This document shows, one piece after another, positions 46,845 through 56,068 of a stretch of 64,000 bases of DNA. The translations under genes and the position numbers were made by a program. This stretch comes from Klebsiella phage KpCHEMY26. The stretch is from sequence record MN163281.1. One strand, written 5' to 3'. Within the stretch, counting starts at the first letter, position 1. Each line of letters opens with the position of its first letter. The notes beneath the pieces were generated by a model. That model was not told where the DNA came from and did not search any database. It worked only from the letters and a program-made list of their open reading frames with translations.

Positions 46845-49432
46845 TTTTTATATTTCTCCGGGTGCAGATACTTATCCAATCCAACTTCACATGTATTCAG
46901 AATATCCTCTACAGAAGCTCCGTTCTTAAGAGAGATATCATTAGCCCATGATGGATAGAAAACACTGAGTTCTCCGCCAAGTTTCACTTCATCGTGATAA
47001 ATGTCGGGATGGTCTTGCCACTGAACACACTCAACCAAGTTGTCATTTACCCATTTCACAATTTCGATATCATCTGGAACCAGATAATACTGAGCATCAT
47101 GAATCTGAGCGCATGGCTTGATTACATCTGCATATGGAGAATTCCAGACTCGTTCCATGAACTCGTTAGCTGCTCGGTTATTCAGTAAGCACCATGATTG
47201 ACCTAAAGCATTACCGGCAGTTCTACCTTCAGCTTTAGCTTCATATGGAGTCTTACTGGTTCCCCAGACAACTTTCTTAATTAATGGAGTACGAATCCTT
47301 AATCCGAATGCACCAGTGATATAACCATCTCTGCTGGCTTGAGCTAACTTATCGTTAACCCATTCATCAGAGACCCAATAAAGTTCATGGTATCTTTGTT
47401 CAACTGTCTTGGCCTTCTCTTCAGAGAAGCCACAGTTAGCCATTAGTGTGTGATAAGTACCTTGATAGGTAAGTGCAAAAGTAGGTGCTTTAGAATCTTG
47501 TCTAAAGTCTGGATACACGTCAGCAATGCTATTGATACTTAAAACTGTATCAACAATATCTGGCATGTGTTCGCCGAAATAAGCGAATGCTCTGAGAGAA
47601 TGACCATCATACCCATCAGTATAAACTTTAAGTTTATTAGGGTCTTTGGTTGTCAGAGCTGAAATGCGGTCTTCTAAACTAGCGAAATCCAGTCCAATAA
47701 GTAACTTACCTTTTGCTGCCTTAAAGCATCGCTTGATTGGCTTAGCATAGGGACTCTTAGAGGATGGAATCTGCTGCATGTTTGGTTTTGATGAACTCAA
47801 ACGACCGGATACAGTACCGCCTAAGTTATAACTACCGAAGAGATAGTGCATCCCATCTTCGGCTAAAGGTGCTTCTTCAAATGCTGGAATAAATGCAGAT
47901 AGGATTTTCTCTACCTTTGAATACTTAATAAGGCATTCGAGAATCTTTTTATGTCTTTCATTTGTTGTATGGTTAATTAATTTATCCAATGTATCAGCAC
48001 CTGTAGCGGGCTGTTTGGAATCAGTTAAATCGATTACAGGTAAACCCATAATGCTATACAACAGTTCCTGCATCTGAAGGTTTGAATTTGGATTAAATTC
48101 TATCGCTAATGTTTCATCATCAGACAGAGTGATTCTCTTTGTCTTCAGACTGGCATTACGTGTTTCTACATGGTTAACCCTTAACCTATGAACCAGAACA
48201 TCAACGACACTGAAAGCATTGATTGCTCTCAGATAGCCATCTCGTTCTTTTTCCATGTCTGCTTTAACCTTTTTAACCTCTGCCATATCAATAGGCATAC
48301 CGGTTAACTGCATCTGAATAATATTTTTCAGAGAAGGTAGCATCAGTTCATTGTAGATATTCCATTGGTCATCCAGGACCATTGTGTCTGCATGTTTATC
48401 AGCCACATACCAAGTGCTTAAGCAGTCAACAAGGTTGTACTCCAGAAGCTCTTTGACAGGAATTTTAGTAATGTCATCAATATCTTCTTGTGCATAGTTT
48501 CCAGCAAACTCATGAGATTGGGCTTTTAGCCCTAACTCATTCCCTGCACAAGAATTGGTAGCCAGATACGTAACAATCTTAGTATCGTGAAAATCACGAC
48601 ACATAGTATGTAAGCCCTTAAGCAGTCCTTTCTGGTCTAGCAGTCCTTTCATCCAAAGCTGATGGATAAGTACTGTTAAGTCATAACCAGCGTTATGCCA
48701 AATCAGTTTGCCTTTATAAGTTTCAAAGAACTTCTTAAGAGCCAACCTTATCCTATTAGCTTTTTCTGGTTCATTCGTGTAATCAACAGCGAATGCTCCA
48801 CCGTTATGTTGGTCCCATGCAAAACCAATGGTACCGACACCTGCTGTATAGAACTTGAGGCTAAATGCCTCTATATCTGAAGCCAGTATTGGATACTGAT
48901 GGAGAGAATCTAACCAAGATTCAATATCTTCAACAGTCTCAGGATAGTAAGCAGAATGGATAATACCTTGTCCAAGTTCCTGATAAGACTTTTGTACCTT
49001 ACCCACCAGTGCCTGTAAGCCTAAATCAATCTTGCCTTGGATATTGGGGTCATAAAACAGACCACCATAGTTAGGGCAAAGAATGATGTTCAGGTGCTCA
49101 AAACCTTTAAGCGCACATGGCAAAGAATAGCCATAATAAGGCTCTGCTTTTGTTTGCTTGGTTAGAGTCTTGAAATAGGCTGTATCACAGCACAGGACAT
49201 ACTCTGTGCGTAGATTACATAGCTCTGGGAGAAGTTGGGCTAGATAGTCTTTCTGCAACTTTACAGGTGCTTTCTTCCCATTATATTCAAGGTCGAATGC
49301 AATAAATTGACTTGGCTTTAAACCAGTAGGGTCAATGTAATGTTCCTGTAACTCTTTCTTCCTAAGTTGTTGAGGCTTAATGAGAATAGCAATTGGATAT
49401 CTTGAAGCTTGTTCAAAGATTATGTGTCTCAT
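46841..49432 (-). CDS. DNA polymerase, family A, with N-terminal 3'-5' exonuclease region (863 aa)
   Basis: Motif A DFASLEDR, motif B KAPTFALTYQG, motif C QIHDA; N4 gp39 position and size. Confidence 0.8.
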   Translation of the reverse strand: MRHIIFEQASRYPIAILIKPQQLRKKELQEHYIDPTGLKPSQFIAFDLEYNGKKAPVKLQKDYLAQLLPELCNLRTEYVLCCDTAYFKTLTKQTKAEPYYGYSLPCALKGFEHLNIILCPNYGGLFYDPNIQGKIDLGLQALVGKVQKSYQELGQGIIHSAYYPETVEDIESWLDSLHQYPILASDIEAFSLKFYTAGVGTIGFAWDQHNGGAFAVDYTNEPEKANRIRLALKKFFETYKGKLIWHNAGYDLTVLIHQLWMKGLLDQKGLLKGLHTMCRDFHDTKIVTYLATNSCAGNELGLKAQSHEFAGNYAQEDIDDITKIPVKELLEYNLVDCLSTWYVADKHADTMVLDDQWNIYNELMLPSLKNIIQMQLTGMPIDMAEVKKVKADMEKERDGYLRAINAFSVVDVLVHRLRVNHVETRNASLKTKRITLSDDETLAIEFNPNSNLQMQELLYSIMGLPVIDLTDSKQPATGADTLDKLINHTTNERHKKILECLIKYSKVEKILSAFIPAFEEAPLAEDGMHYLFGSYNLGGTVSGRLSSSKPNMQQIPSSKSPYAKPIKRCFKAAKGKLLIGLDFASLEDRISALTTKDPNKLKVYTDGYDGHSLRAFAYFGEHMPDIVDTVLSINSIADVYPDFRQDSKAPTFALTYQGTYHTLMANCGFSEEKAKTVEQRYHELYWVSDEWVNDKLAQASRDGYITGAFGLRIRTPLIKKVVWGTSKTPYEAKAEGRTAGNALGQSWCLLNNRAANEFMERVWNSPYADVIKPCAQIHDAQYYLVPDDIEIVKWVNDNLVECVQWQDHPDIYHDEVKLGGELSVFYPSWANDISLKNGASVEDILNTCEVGLDKYLHPEKYKK

Positions 49433-49685
49433 TATCTAAGTTAACCTCTGGTAAATCTGGTGGAGAATCGAGTAGGTCCATAAGTCTATACTCTCTGCCT
49501 TCACTTTTCAGCTCAGCCATGAAGTCAAACAGCTCATCTGTGATAGCTGGTACTTCAAGAAAGTAGGTTCTGGACATACCCACATCTGTATACCTTGACT
49601 CATGTAGCTGTGTAGGGAGTCCATTCCTCAAGAGGGTGTACTCAACAGCTATGAGTTTTGATATGACAAATGCGTATCTCATCAA
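49413..49685 (-). CDS. hypothetical protein (90 aa)
   Basis: ORF between helicase and polymerase. Confidence 0.35.
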   Translation of the reverse strand: MMRYAFVISKLIAVEYTLLRNGLPTQLHESRYTDVGMSRTYFLEVPAITDELFDFMAELKSEGREYRLMDLLDSPPDLPEVNLDNETHNL

Positions 49686-50161
49686 ATCACCAATCGAGAC
49701 ATTACATAGAATGAAATGAGTTTGTAGATTTCTGGGTCAGGGTGAATCCCCGGTATGGGAGATTTATTTCTTACATCAATGAATGCTTCATCAAGAGCTT
49801 TATGCATGAATTGTGGGACATAACAATACAACTGTCCTACCTCATCCATACGAGCAATAATCCTTCTGAAGTATCCCTCAATCCTGTTCCAGTCTTCCTT
49901 CACCTTAATCTTGAGTAACCAAACTTCTTTGGCTCTCTCAAGTAACTCTGGTTTACAACCAAAAGCTAAGTTATCTGAACCCTCTTTAAAAATCATGTTA
50001 TCAACCATGAATCCTTGAGGGGTATCATTAGCCATACATAGCTTATGCTCCTCTTCTAGTACAAATGAACAGAAGGGGTCGGTGATTTTATTACAAATCC
50101 AATCCAGTAATTCTATTTTGAATTTGGTTTTAGTGTAGGCACTTTTATCTATCATAATCAC
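49682..50161 (-). CDS. hypothetical protein (159 aa)
   Basis: ORF overlapping its neighbours by 4 nt. Confidence 0.4.
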   Translation of the reverse strand: MIMIDKSAYTKTKFKIELLDWICNKITDPFCSFVLEEEHKLCMANDTPQGFMVDNMIFKEGSDNLAFGCKPELLERAKEVWLLKIKVKEDWNRIEGYFRRIIARMDEVGQLYCYVPQFMHKALDEAFIDVRNKSPIPGIHPDPEIYKLISFYVMSRLVI

Positions 50162-51402
50162 CTCATGAATCGAGGAGGATTACCATAAAAGACTACTCTC
50201 GTAGTAGCCCTACTAACTGCAACATACAGTAAACGTGCTAATTGGCTTATGTCCTTACAGACACATAAATCACCAATGTCTATGTAGACAGTATGGTAGG
50301 TAGAACCCTGAGATTTATGGACAGTTGAAGCATATGAAAATCGCAAGTCTGCGAATCCATTCTTCAATCTGAAGTACTCAACCCAATCTTTTCTGTCAGC
50401 AGCTAACTTAATGAACTTCTGAAGTTCACTGTAATCTACTGGCTGACGTACATAAGTACCAAGACCAATATCAACGAAATAGTAAGGTACTACATCGTCA
50501 TAATTTATTTCACTTACGTAATAAACAGCATAGTTCTTTTCAATAACAGTGCGTTTAGAACCACACTCGATACTGTTGTTAGAGACAACATTGTCACCAA
50601 CTTGAACTATAGGTGGTAAGTTCTTCTTGGTTCTTATGTATTGGTTGTAGCCTTGAACGGTATTATTGGTAAATACGAGGATTTTATGACCGGGAGATTC
50701 CTGTTGGATGAAATGAGTTTGCATTGCGCCTCTCATTGCATCGTCCCCTAAGAAGTCTATGACTCCGGGAACTGGAATTATTGGTCTGAAGACACCCGTT
50801 TCTACTGTCTCACGTAACTGAGCATTGAGTAGAGTTAACTCTGGACTATTATTAGTCCTCATTTGGGTATTAAGATATGAAGTGAGATAGCCTGAATTGA
50901 ATACAGGGCTTATCTGCTCTGACACTGGCGCTAACTGACAATGGTCACCGATAAAAACTATCTTACAGTTTTTACGAGTGCCTTCTTCAATTAGGTTCAG
51001 TAATGGAGTATCTGCCATTGATGCTTCGTCCAGCAGGACTAGAGTATCTGACAGTGGTTGAAAATTCTTACCTTTAGTGGTGATGGTTTCACCAGTCCTA
51101 TAGTCATCTCTGACCATTAAACCTAAAGCAGAATGTATGGTTTTTACTGTGGTTTTAAATCTTTCCTGAAGTACTTCAGCAGCTTTATTAGTTGTAGCTG
51201 ATACAACAACATTGTTGAGAGGCTCAGCACCTAATATGGTTGCAATACGATGACTGCTTGGAAGCATCTCAATCATATGATTGAGCATATATGTCTTGCC
51301 TACTCCGGGTGGACCAGAGATAACCATATGCTTTGCTGGAGTACACAGAAAAGACATAAACTGCTTTGCAGCAGAGTCCTGACAACTAGTCAGATTTGCC
51401 AT
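50158..51402 (-). CDS. SF1B DNA helicase (Dda/RecD-like)
   Basis: Walker A GPPGVGKT, Walker B LVLLDEASM, motif III GDHCQLAPV. Confidence 0.75.
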   Translation of the reverse strand: MANLTSCQDSAAKQFMSFLCTPAKHMVISGPPGVGKTYMLNHMIEMLPSSHRIATILGAEPLNNVVVSATTNKAAEVLQERFKTTVKTIHSALGLMVRDDYRTGETITTKGKNFQPLSDTLVLLDEASMADTPLLNLIEEGTRKNCKIVFIGDHCQLAPVSEQISPVFNSGYLTSYLNTQMRTNNSPELTLLNAQLRETVETGVFRPIIPVPGVIDFLGDDAMRGAMQTHFIQQESPGHKILVFTNNTVQGYNQYIRTKKNLPPIVQVGDNVVSNNSIECGSKRTVIEKNYAVYYVSEINYDDVVPYYFVDIGLGTYVRQPVDYSELQKFIKLAADRKDWVEYFRLKNGFADLRFSYASTVHKSQGSTYHTVYIDIGDLCVCKDISQLARLLYVAVSRATTRVVFYGNPPRFMR

Positions 51403-51652
51403 CTTCGTGCCTCATGAAAGCTAACTTAAGTAATTCATACTTGGTTCTAGCAATGAACTTAACCTGGATATCTTTATCCATTGGTTCAATTCGTTCAGGC
51501 CCCCTATATTCACTGACATACAGTTCAGCCCTACTCAATAACTCAAGCAGGGCTTTACCGTCTTCAATGGGGAGAATGATTTTAAAATCATAACTGAACT
51601 GAACACACATCATGTTTCCACGATATGATTTGTTTGGAGATTCTTCTGACAT
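51386..51652 (-). CDS. hypothetical protein (88 aa)
   Basis: ORF coupled to the helicase gene. Confidence 0.35.
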   Translation of the reverse strand: MSEESPNKSYRGNMMCVQFSYDFKIILPIEDGKALLELLSRAELYVSEYRGPERIEPMDKDIQVKFIARTKYELLKLAFMRHEDGKSD

Positions 51653-51720
51653 ATTCCCCCTAGTATTTTAAGTAGAGGTCCAGTATCCAAAGAATGCCCA
51701 AGATGAAAGTCATGATGATG

Positions 51721-52068
51721 TTATTCATGCTTCGTAGAGGCACGTAGAAGTGATTCTACGACGATTTGTTCAGGAGACTTATCGTATCCCTTGCCCGGCT
51801 GAGTAAACGCTTTAGAATCGTTCTCAACGAGTCTATCAACGATACTCGCGCAGTTCATTGATTCAATGTTCATGTGCTTAGAAATAGCTGCCATTAACAT
51901 TGAAATGAAGTATCTGCGGTCTGTTTCGTACAGTTTCTGTTCCTCAGCTGATTCAAAGTCTACCTGAAAGTGTTCAGGTATAGGTTTACCAGCAGGACTA
52001 AAATTAATAACACCAAATTTCACTATTTTCATTTGAGCACCTATGCAGATGTGAAGTAACCAAAGCAA
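51721..52068 (-). CDS. hypothetical protein (115 aa)
   Basis: ORF with hydrophobic N-terminus. Confidence 0.35.
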   Translation of the reverse strand: MLWLLHICIGAQMKIVKFGVINFSPAGKPIPEHFQVDFESAEEQKLYETDRRYFISMLMAAISKHMNIESMNCASIVDRLVENDSKAFTQPGKGYDKSPEQIVVESLLRASTKHE

Positions 52069-52081
52069 CTGCCGGAGGCAG

Positions 52082-52762
52082 TTACTTGATTTGCACCATT
52101 GTTAACCGTCCCTTCTCGAACACTGCACCAGTGTCGATATAGTTTTGGTTATGGTATTGCACAGGGTCTTTGGCAGGTGTGTGTCCGAAATAGAATTCGT
52201 CAGCACCTTTAATGACAGTACCTCTTGAGTTTTGGTTTTTAACCATACGTTCACGATTCCAAAGCAAAGCTTCTACGTCAACGTCTTTACCAAACTCGTA
52301 CTGATTTGAAGGGTAGTCTGCATGGCAGATAACAATAGTTTTGTCATCTACTGAGACTTCAATGATACCCGGCAGGTCTGCTGCCTGAGTAAAGAGTTCG
52401 AGCACCTCTGGTTTCTGTTCTTCTGGAACTTCCAAAATCCATGTGCCTCCATTATGAAACCAGTTCATATAGGCTACATCTCCATCATGGGTATTTGGTT
52501 CAGAAGCTAATGCATTGAGTGCCATAACTTCATGGTTACCCAATACAGTTTTAAACCAAGGTTCCTTGATTAGGCGTAAACAGCCTAAACTATCAAAACC
52601 TCGGTCAATTAAATCACCAACAGAAATGAGTAAATCAGTTTGAGTATCAAACTGGTTAGCCCATAACTGCTGTTGTAATTCTGTGAGGCAGCCATGCAAA
52701 TCTCCGACAACGAAGATTCGTTTATATTGGCTACCATCAATCTTCATATAGAGATTTTTCAT
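52082..52762 (-). CDS. Ser/Thr protein phosphatase (lambda-phosphatase / PrpA-like metallophosphoesterase)
   Basis: Motifs GDLHG, GDLIDRG, GNHE, plus a downstream His motif. Confidence 0.75.
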   Translation of the reverse strand: MKNLYMKIDGSQYKRIFVVGDLHGCLTELQQQLWANQFDTQTDLLISVGDLIDRGFDSLGCLRLIKEPWFKTVLGNHEVMALNALASEPNTHDGDVAYMNWFHNGGTWILEVPEEQKPEVLELFTQAADLPGIIEVSVDDKTIVICHADYPSNQYEFGKDVDVEALLWNRERMVKNQNSRGTVIKGADEFYFGHTPAKDPVQYHNQNYIDTGAVFEKGRLTMVQIK

Positions 52763-52830
52763 ACGACCTCCAGTAGTAGCTAGAATACGCCCCCATAGGA
52801 GGCGTATCCGAGCGCTACTGCATCGATAGA

Positions 52831-54273
52831 TTAATCTACGATGCGTTCGTGCATTTCTGCTACCTGACCGGTAACTTTGCTGACCGCCGCTTCAATTGCC
52901 GGAGCAACTGCGTTAGCGATAACTTCGTTAAAGGTCGGCTCTTTCACTTTCGGCTTGCTCTGCTCTTCGAGCAGCTTACGCTGGGCCTGAATGGTCAGAG
53001 CGGAATCCAGCAGTGCTTTACCGCTGATTTGCTCGATAACAGTACCCGGCTCCTGATACTGGAGCTGGTGCAGCTTGGCACGTTTAACCACTTCAGCGAT
53101 AACCGCCGGAATGGTACCTGCCAGCGCTTCGCCAACCAGAGTCAGGTCTTCAGATGCGTCGATGGTGTCACGACCGTACAGGCGAACCAGTTTTTCAACT
53201 GCTTTCGCATCCGGCGGAGTCACATCGATGATGGCATCCAGACGGCCCGGACGCAGCATCGCTGGGTTGATGTTTTCGAGGTGGTTGGTAGTCAGAACGG
53301 TGATGATGCGAGAAGATTTAGTGTCGATACCATCCAGAATGTTCAGGATATCGTCCATCTTCACGCTACGTTCACCGGATACAGCACGGTCGATATCTTC
53401 ACAGAAGATAACGCACGCTTTGTCGCTGTACTGCTTAGCGAACTGAATCGCATCAGACAGCTCATCAGAGCGCGGCACGTAAACGTAGGTAACGCCAGTT
53501 TTAACCGCGATAGACGCAGCAACTGTCGCAGCCATAGTTTTACCAGTACCGTATGGCCCACCCAGCAGTACGCCGCGTTTAACCGGCATGTGGTTGGCGA
53601 TGCAGTCTTCAACGCGCTCAATCGGCGTGAACAGGTTGGTTTCAATCAGCTGGTTAACATCATCGGAATAAACCAGAGAATCGCGCGAGATACCTTGCAG
53701 ATTCATGAATTCCGGTTCCGGCATTTCCAGCAGGTCGCCATCGTTATCGCGGAAGCGAATCTTAATCGCCTGACCCATATAGATGGATTCAGTGCGCAGT
53801 TTGTCTTCCACGGTATCGAACAGCAGCTCGATGGTACGCTCATCGGCGCGCAGTACTTTGGCTACCAGCTCAAAGCTGATACGGCCATCTTTCTTGGCGA
53901 CAGAGGTCTGAACAAAGCCTTCAACCTGCGGCAGAGAGAAGCGGCCCCACGGCACTTTTTTGGTACGGCCATAGCCGACTTGTACGTCCAGCATCTGCGG
54001 AGGATTAGAGCCAAAGAAGCCCGGAGTCGCTTCAGCAGCAGCCCAGCCGTAACGTTCGGTCAGCGCGTTCATCAGCGCATGGGCACCATCCCACGGGAAT
54101 ACGTTGTAGGTACGGCGCACAACAACTTCTTCTTCGTCGTACTTCTGACGACGCTTCAGCAGGTCGATAGCATCACCCAGCTTCATCTGCTCGGGCAGAA
54201 TGATTTTTTCGCCGTGACGCACGACTTCTGCTACGTGAACTTCTTTTTCGTCTTGTTGAAGAGTTTTAGCCAT
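52831..54273 (-). CDS. classic-clade AAA+ ATPase (FtsH/Cdc48/ARC-type ATPase module with a unique 225-aa N-domain), host-like high GC
   Basis: Walker A GGPYGTGKT, Walker B VIFCEDID, second region of homology TTNHLENINPAMLRPGRLDAIIDV; about 52 percent GC against about 38-42 percent in flanking phage genes; a long antisense ORF appears only because of the high GC. Confidence 0.75.
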   Translation of the reverse strand: MAKTLQQDEKEVHVAEVVRHGEKIILPEQMKLGDAIDLLKRRQKYDEEEVVVRRTYNVFPWDGAHALMNALTERYGWAAAEATPGFFGSNPPQMLDVQVGYGRTKKVPWGRFSLPQVEGFVQTSVAKKDGRISFELVAKVLRADERTIELLFDTVEDKLRTESIYMGQAIKIRFRDNDGDLLEMPEPEFMNLQGISRDSLVYSDDVNQLIETNLFTPIERVEDCIANHMPVKRGVLLGGPYGTGKTMAATVAASIAVKTGVTYVYVPRSDELSDAIQFAKQYSDKACVIFCEDIDRAVSGERSVKMDDILNILDGIDTKSSRIITVLTTNHLENINPAMLRPGRLDAIIDVTPPDAKAVEKLVRLYGRDTIDASEDLTLVGEALAGTIPAVIAEVVKRAKLHQLQYQEPGTVIEQISGKALLDSALTIQAQRKLLEEQSKPKVKEPTFNEVIANAVAPAIEAAVSKVTGQVAEMHERIVD

Positions 54274-54352
54274 TTCGATTTACCTTTTCAGATTGGGATA
54301 AAATTACATTGTTTGAATGAAGAGAGTTAATTTCTCTTTCTTTTTCCGAGGC

Positions 54353-54369
54353 AAGCGCCGGAGGCGCTT
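54353..54369. promoter_or_regulatory. perfect 7-bp stem / 3-nt loop GC hairpin (AAGCGCC-GGA-GGCGCTT) upstream of the high-GC AAA gene
   Basis: Loop GGA on the strand that templates minus-strand genes; same geometry as N4 vRNAP hairpin promoters; no T-run, so not a classic terminator. Confidence 0.3.
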
Positions 54370-54504
54370 TACCCTTTACCGAACACAGGAATCACTCTGT
54401 AACCTTGATTGCGAGCAATCCGGGCTACATGTGTTTTCTTGGTTCGAATAATAAGAGTGCTGGGAATGCGAAATACATCCCAAGCAATAGGAGATTTGGA
54501 CACG

Positions 54505-55317
54505 TTACTCACCAAACTTAAGTTTGTTTTGGAAAGTACTGGATTTGACTTCATCTCGGGAAAGCTTGCCGTCCTGAATGAAATACTGAGTAATTAACGT
54601 ATTAACCATACGAATACCCAACGTATTCATCTCATAGTTATCTTTGATAAATGCTGAGATATCAGAGACAGCTTTATCTCTCTTAACTTCTGGAAATAAA
54701 TCCAGATACATTGAGAGAGTAGATGAGCCTTTAAGTATATTAATTAAAGACTCCAGACTGACTTTGACAGTGTTGTATACCAAACCAACACGACCTAAGA
54801 ACTCAGTCTTCACACCAAAGCTACGGAGCTTATCCAGAGTAATATCTGGTTCTCCGTTGAATGCTCCGGCGAAGACAAACAGGACGTTACTTACAGGCAC
54901 GTCCACATACTTGCCATAGTCGCCAAACACTGAGGTACACTCAGCTTCTAGAACCTTCAGGAATTCATTCTGAACTCCATTAGTAGATTCATGGGCCAAC
55001 TCACTATTGTTATTGCCTGCGATAAATAACTTGTCGAATTCATCTACAAAGCAAATAACAGGATTACCGTTGGCTTGGCGTAAAGGAGCTAAAGCTTTGC
55101 TTAAGCTATTACCCGATAAGCCTTCTTTGGTTAGCTGAGCAGCATTAATTTCGATGTAGTCCATCTTATGCTGGTCAGCCAGAGACTTAATTAAAAAGGT
55201 TTTTCCAGTACCACTTTCGCCAGTCAGAATGAAGTGAGGTCTCAACTGACATTCACTGGCTTTAAAGATAGAAAAGATACGGGAAATATCTTTCCTGAGT
55301 TGTTCTTGCTCTTTCAT
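54505..55317 (-). CDS. ClpX-family AAA+ ATPase lacking the N-terminal zinc-binding domain and the IGF (ClpP-docking) loop
   Basis: Alignable by eye to E. coli ClpX: GESGTGKT; AAQLTKEGLSGNS matching ATTLTEAGYVGED; DEFDK; STNGVQNEFLKVLEA matching SGEGVQQALLKLIEG; VLFVFAGAF; FGVKTEFLGRVGLV matching FGLIPEFIGRLPVV; LGIRMVNTLI matching ARGLRSIVE. Only about 12 aa lie where ClpX carries the about 60-aa IGF region. Confidence 0.65.
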   Translation of the reverse strand: MKEQEQLRKDISRIFSIFKASECQLRPHFILTGESGTGKTFLIKSLADQHKMDYIEINAAQLTKEGLSGNSLSKALAPLRQANGNPVICFVDEFDKLFIAGNNNSELAHESTNGVQNEFLKVLEAECTSVFGDYGKYVDVPVSNVLFVFAGAFNGEPDITLDKLRSFGVKTEFLGRVGLVYNTVKVSLESLINILKGSSTLSMYLDLFPEVKRDKAVSDISAFIKDNYEMNTLGIRMVNTLITQYFIQDGKLSRDEVKSSTFQNKLKFGE

Positions 55318-55727
55318 TAGCAGATTTTCCTAAGACTTTTGTCATTAACTTGGATATACCAAGGCAGGTTTCTGCACAGATGTTTTTTAAGATTCCAGAG
55401 AGTATCATTCATGTTGTTATATTCATCGGGATGAACATAACGAACCAGACGTACATCACAGTCCAGAATCTCAATACCCAAAGTGAAATCCACAATGGTT
55501 CCATCAGCCATGAGACTCACGTAGTGAGCTATACACATATCTGAGTAGATAATAACTACTTCAACAACGCCTACAGCTAATCCAGTCTTTACAGCCTGAG
55601 CAGCATTGATATGGCATTTGTAGTTATACTGAGGAACAGATTTATCAGGGATTCCTACTACAAGCTTATGCTTGTAATCTTTGAGAGCTTGCTCTCTTGC
55701 CAGTAACATCGCCTTCTTTAGAAACAT
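55317..55727 (-). CDS. hypothetical protein (136 aa)
   Basis: ORF between the zinc-ribbon and ClpX-like genes; stop/start overlap ATGA. Confidence 0.4.
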   Translation of the reverse strand: MFLKKAMLLAREQALKDYKHKLVVGIPDKSVPQYNYKCHINAAQAVKTGLAVGVVEVVIIYSDMCIAHYVSLMADGTIVDFTLGIEILDCDVRLVRYVHPDEYNNMNDTLWNLKKHLCRNLPWYIQVNDKSLRKIC

Positions 55728-55730
55728 GGT

Positions 55731-55988
55731 TTACTCCAAGTATTTTCTGAATACGCCTGCGAAGCAGGAGTCTCCCTCTTGAAGTCCATGCTCCTGACAT
55801 AAGCCATGATGGTCTAATCGACAGTCATGACCGACATAATCTAAAGCATCTTGGATAGCCTGCTTTAAATCCTCTGGCAATTCGAATTCTGGTTCAGGTG
55901 GTGGTTGTTTCCATCCACATAACTGACAGTCCATACCGTCAACATAAGAACCGCATTCGGTATTTTGGCAATACAGGTAAAGACCCAT
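55731..55988 (-). CDS. small zinc-ribbon protein (85 aa)
   Basis: Cys pairs C-x4-C ... C-x2-C near the N-terminus and a C-rich, H-rich central part; first gene of the operon that ends with the ClpX-like ATPase. Confidence 0.45.
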   Translation of the reverse strand: MGLYLYCQNTECGSYVDGMDCQLCGWKQPPPEPEFELPEDLKQAIQDALDYVGHDCRLDHHGLCQEHGLQEGDSCFAGVFRKYLE

Positions 55989-56068
55989 ATGACCTCCAAA
56001 AAAATGCCCTCACAAGGAGGGCAAAAACATCTGAAAGGTAAACTTAAAAAGATTACCCGCCACGTATA

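Noticed and set aside
52849-54330. 493-aa plus-strand ORF
   Set aside because: Lies antisense to the high-GC AAA+ gene, whose minus-strand product has unambiguous Walker A/B and arginine-finger motifs. A long antisense ORF is the expected artefact of high GC; the plus-strand product is low-complexity Arg/Gln-rich with no motifs.
54310-54380. Hairpin AAGCGCC-GGA-GGCGCTT as an intrinsic terminator
   Set aside because: No T-run follows the stem on either strand, so it is listed as a regulatory hairpin instead.
54369-54554. 61-aa minus-strand ORF between the ClpX-like gene and the AAA island
   Set aside because: Overlaps the 3' end of the ClpX-like gene and runs through the GC hairpin. It has no convincing RBS and is more likely intergenic or regulatory sequence.
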